Below are positions 24,527 to 27,630 of a DNA stretch of 27,630 bases, piece after piece (position 1 is the stretch's first letter; every line of letters begins with the position of its first letter). The position numbers and the translations under genes were made by a program. Location of the stretch: IMG/VR virus record IMGVR_UViG_3300038674_000867, positions 1-27,630 of that record. One strand, 5' to 3'. The stretch is from a virus. Its lineage: Duplodnaviria; Caudoviricetes. The notes under the pieces were generated by a model that was given only the letters and a program-made list of their open reading frames with translations, was not told the DNA's origin and made no database searches.

Positions 24527-26542
24527 ATGTCATCAGGAGTAGCAAAATTACAACTACTGATTGATTTAAAAAACAATCTAAAATCAGGACTTGACGGCGC
24601 AAAAAAGCATGTAGATAAAGCTTGCGGACAAATGCAAGAAAAATTAAATAGTTTCAAAATGGGTAATATAAAAGCATTTGAGGCTATTAAAGAACAAGTT
24701 CCGGGCGTTGGGCAAGCTATTAGTTTGCTAACCAATCCTTATGCTTTGGTTACGGCTGCTGTTTTAGCTTTGGGTGTTGGTATTGTTTCGTGTACCAAGC
24801 GAGCAAATGAATGGCACGAGAAAATGGCTGAAATAAATGTAACTGCCGAACTAAGCAAGGATGAATTAGCTAAACTTTCCAACCAATTACTCGAAATTGG
24901 GGGGCGAAATGTTGCGCCGTTGGAAGAAGTGCCAAAAGCATTCAACCGGATTATCTCGGCAGGTCTTGATGTCAATCAATCATTAGAAGCATTAGAACCA
25001 ACTTTGCGAGCTGCTAAAGCAGGTTTTACAGATATTGAAACAGTTGCATCGGCAGCGGTATCAACTATGATGTCGTCCGGTGAAAATGTAAATAAAGTGT
25101 ACGATGTACTTTTCGCTACTGTAAAAGAGGGTAATGCCGAGTTTAAAGATATTGCGCAGTATTTACCCAAAGTGATACCATTAGCCCGAAATGTAGGGTT
25201 TGCTCTTGACGAAACCGCAGGGGCTTATGCTTCATTAACAGGTAAGTTGAGCACCGAACAATCTACAACCGCATTACAGGGAATTATGCGCGCACTATCA
25301 GACCAACGGACAGCAATTGGCGAAATTGATAAAGAAACAGGCAAATATGTAAGTGGATTTAAAAGTATTGGCGTTGATGTATTTGACCCCGCTACAAAAA
25401 AAATACGCCCGATAGTTGATATTGTAAATGACATCAACAAGCAAATGGCAGGCTTAAGCGATAAAGAGCGTATGCTAAAATTTGACAAATTGGGACTTGA
25501 CCAAATGAGTACGCTTGGTTTTTCTACTTTAATGCAAGATGTAACCGGACTTGAAAAAGCTATAAATGCAACTGTCGGCTCACAAGGAGCATTAGAAAAA
25601 GCCTATGCCGACTCGCTTACACCAATGGAAAGTTGGAAGATTGTGCAAAATCAAATAAAGGTAGAAATGATTAAAATAGGCGAAATATTCTTGCCTATTC
25701 TGTCGGCTATTGGAAAAGGGGCTTTATTTATCATCGAAAATCTTGATATTATCGGTGGCGTACTTGTAGGTTTAGGTACTGCATGGGCTATTTTAAACGC
25801 GAAGATTGTAGCACAAACGATTGCTATGGTTGGCTTAAAAATAGCTACAGTTGCAGTAACTGCGGCACAATGGTTATTTAATGTGGCGGCAAGTGCCAAT
25901 CCTATTGGAATAATTGTGTTGCTTGTAGGTGCGCTTATTGGTGGCTTGGTTGTAGCATATAATAAATTTGACAAATTTAGAGCAATAATAAAAGGTGTTT
26001 GGGAAGTTGTAAAAGGATTTGGCAAAATATTAAAGGATTATGTAATAGATAGAATTAAAGGGCTTTTAAGTGGTCTTGGGGCTATGGGTAGTGCAATAGA
26101 AAAGCTTTTTAATGGAGATTTTTCCGGTGCATGGGATGATGCTAAAAAAGGTGTTGCCGATATGTCAGGCGCAACGGCAGCTAAAAACGCAGCAGACAAA
26201 ACAAAAAATCTAAAAGACAATTTTAATAATGCTTACACTCAAGAAATGGCTAAAGCCAAACTTAAAGAGGAGAAAAGCAATACAGCAGAAGCAGAAACTT
26301 CGCAGACAGAAACAAATCCAAAAGCTACAAGCACAACAACCAACAGTAATAATATTGCTGCTGATGCAAAAGGTATTTCGGGCGGTAGTCAAACAAAAAA
26401 TATTACTATTAATATTGATAGCTTTATTAAAGGCTTCACACCGACACATCAAAGTGTAAACGGTATGAATACTGCCGAACTTGAACGATGGATGACTGAA
26501 ATGTTTTTGAGAGTTGTTCGAAGCGCAGAAACAGCAATGTAA
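24527..26542 (+). CDS. Tail tape measure protein (TP901-like core)
   Basis: 671 aa; ISAGLDVNQSLEALEPTLRAAKAG, DIAQYLPKVIPLARNVG, and ANPIGIIVLLVGALIGGLVVAYNK hydrophobic region. Confidence 0.92.
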   Translation: MSSGVAKLQLLIDLKNNLKSGLDGAKKHVDKACGQMQEKLNSFKMGNIKAFEAIKEQVPGVGQAISLLTNPYALVTAAVLALGVGIVSCTKRANEWHEKMAEINVTAELSKDELAKLSNQLLEIGGRNVAPLEEVPKAFNRIISAGLDVNQSLEALEPTLRAAKAGFTDIETVASAAVSTMMSSGENVNKVYDVLFATVKEGNAEFKDIAQYLPKVIPLARNVGFALDETAGAYASLTGKLSTEQSTTALQGIMRALSDQRTAIGEIDKETGKYVSGFKSIGVDVFDPATKKIRPIVDIVNDINKQMAGLSDKERMLKFDKLGLDQMSTLGFSTLMQDVTGLEKAINATVGSQGALEKAYADSLTPMESWKIVQNQIKVEMIKIGEIFLPILSAIGKGALFIIENLDIIGGVLVGLGTAWAILNAKIVAQTIAMVGLKIATVAVTAAQWLFNVAASANPIGIIVLLVGALIGGLVVAYNKFDKFRAIIKGVWEVVKGFGKILKDYVIDRIKGLLSGLGAMGSAIEKLFNGDFSGAWDDAKKGVADMSGATAAKNAADKTKNLKDNFNNAYTQEMAKAKLKEEKSNTAEAETSQTETNPKATSTTTNSNNIAADAKGISGGSQTKNITINIDSFIKGFTPTHQSVNGMNTAELERWMTEMFLRVVRSAETAM

Positions 26543-26554
26543 TTTAACGCAATC

Positions 26555-27091
26555 ATGGCAAAAGTTGATATTTCTGATTTTACAAAAAAGATAGATGCAC
26601 TCGTTGAGGCGCATAGTCATCTACCTGCCGAAGTAGCTACTATTGCGGTGAATTTTAGCAAAGAACGATTTCGCGAGCAAGCATGGCTTGATAAAACAAA
26701 AACAGCTTGGAAACCACGAAAAAACAATCGAAGTGGCGGTAAAAAGAAAAGCCAAACGCTACTTGTAAATACAGGTAGATTAAAACGAAGTATTCGTAAA
26801 ATATCTGCTACGCCAGATGCTGTTATTATTGGCACAGATGTACCCTACGCAAAAATTCATAATGAGGGCGGCATTATCAACGAAAATGTAGCAGTAAAGC
26901 AACATGACAAAAAAAGTTTTACGCGTAAAAGAAAAGGGCGCAAAGAAACAGTAAAGGCACACACAATAAAATCACATATTCGCAAATTGAATATAAAAGT
27001 ACCGGCGCGCCCTTTTATTGGCAATAGTTATACTTTAGAAAAAAGAATTTTATTACATATCAAAGCCCGCTTTGTAAGGGCATTAAAATAA
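26555..27091 (+). CDS. Virion morphogenesis/tail completion protein (Mu gpG/P2 gpS-like)
   Basis: LVNTGRLKRSI, GTDVPYAKIHNEGG, VPARPFIG motifs. Confidence 0.9.
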   Translation: MAKVDISDFTKKIDALVEAHSHLPAEVATIAVNFSKERFREQAWLDKTKTAWKPRKNNRSGGKKKSQTLLVNTGRLKRSIRKISATPDAVIIGTDVPYAKIHNEGGIINENVAVKQHDKKSFTRKRKGRKETVKAHTIKSHIRKLNIKVPARPFIGNSYTLEKRILLHIKARFVRALK

Positions 27092-27096
27092 GAAAT

Positions 27097-27630
27097 ATGT
27101 TAGCACAATTATTAGAACTTTACAAAGTGATTGACGCAAACAAACATAAGTTTGCCGAACGCAATTTGAATGGAGATTTCTTTATAGATGTTTTCCGATC
27201 GCAACCTTATGAACCTGAATTGTATGAGTATTTTTCATTACCTGCAATTTTTGTAGATTATACAATGCAAGGGCAAGGTAAAAATAAACCTCGCCTTGTT
27301 ACGCTCACTTTACATGTAATTACAGATGAGATGCCGGATGCCTCTAATATTTCAGAACAAAAAGATATAGGCATGAATCGCTTTTTATATCATATCTTAT
27401 TACAAGAAATATTAGAGGGCTGTAAATTAGGAAGAACAAAACCGTTAGAATTTACATCCGAAAACATAATTGATGCACCGGTTATTAATTATCATACACA
27501 AACATATCAATTAGAATCCTACTTGCACGATATGTTTGTTGATAATATAGATATTGTTTTGGGTGAATTTGAACGCTTAAACATCTATTCAAAGCTGCGA
27601 GAAAAAGCATTTAATAAATCTCAAACCTAA
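27097..27630 (+). CDS. Probable tail terminator (Mu gp37-like)
   Basis: FIDVFRSQP...LPAIFVDY...LTLHVIT pattern; follows the tail completion gene. Confidence 0.6.
   Translation: MLAQLLELYKVIDANKHKFAERNLNGDFFIDVFRSQPYEPELYEYFSLPAIFVDYTMQGQGKNKPRLVTLTLHVITDEMPDASNISEQKDIGMNRFLYHILLQEILEGCKLGRTKPLEFTSENIIDAPVINYHTQTYQLESYLHDMFVDNIDIVLGEFERLNIYSKLREKAFNKSQT

Larger units (their letters stand above)
1..27630. mobile_element. Internal part of a Mu-like transposable contractile-tailed (pro)phage, probably of a Bacteroidota host
   Basis: MuB-like AAA+ ATPase, DUF3164, Mu gp29-like portal, MuF, gp36-like adaptor, sheath/tube/baseplate and tape measure genes. No host genes, transposase or TG...CA ends are seen in the window. 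Confidence 0.9.

Noticed and set aside
1-27630. Genome-wide stop-codon reassignment as the explanation for the MuF UGA
   Set aside because: Genes are intact under code 11, and TGA acts as a true stop elsewhere (e.g. the sheath, baseplate and fibre genes, several in start/stop overlaps).

Overview
This window is an internal segment of a transposable (Mu-like) myovirus-type phage or prophage, most likely from a Bacteroidota host. The host inference rests on TTTG-N20-TAnnTTTG promoters, A-rich start contexts without Shine-Dalgarno sites, and DUF3164/DUF2586/DUF6046/DUF5675-type proteins. Neither phage end nor the transposase is in the window. There are three blocks. (i) A rightward early/semi-essential region (1-4679) has the 3' part of a MuB-like AAA+ ATPase, DUF3164, a DnaA-domain-IV-like protein, ASCH, a Zn-finger protein and small ORFs. 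(ii) A leftward late operon (19116->4705) runs ClpP-type protease/scaffold, capsid, sheath, tube, tail chaperone, hub, spike, baseplate, lysis cassette, tail fibre and a Dam-type methyltransferase. (iii) A divergent rightward late operon (19292->27630) runs terminase subunits, gp36 adaptor, portal, MuF, tape measure and tail completion proteins. The most notable finding is the portal-MuF locus. A tandem slippery site (GGGAAATTTT) plus a 10-bp hairpin at the portal 3' end would -1-frameshift portal into MuF. MuF is separated from a toxin-like C-terminal extension by only one in-frame UGA. Where an immunity gene would normally be, there is a convergent ~70-nt structured RNA with a consensus promoter and terminator. 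Other findings: an unannotated -1 frameshifted tail chaperone, a structured RNA switch in the methyltransferase leader, a T-loop hairpin, a unimolecular-spanin-like lipoprotein, and a DE->DQ Walker B in the MuB-like ATPase. All family assignments come from motif recognition and synteny by eye, not database searches.
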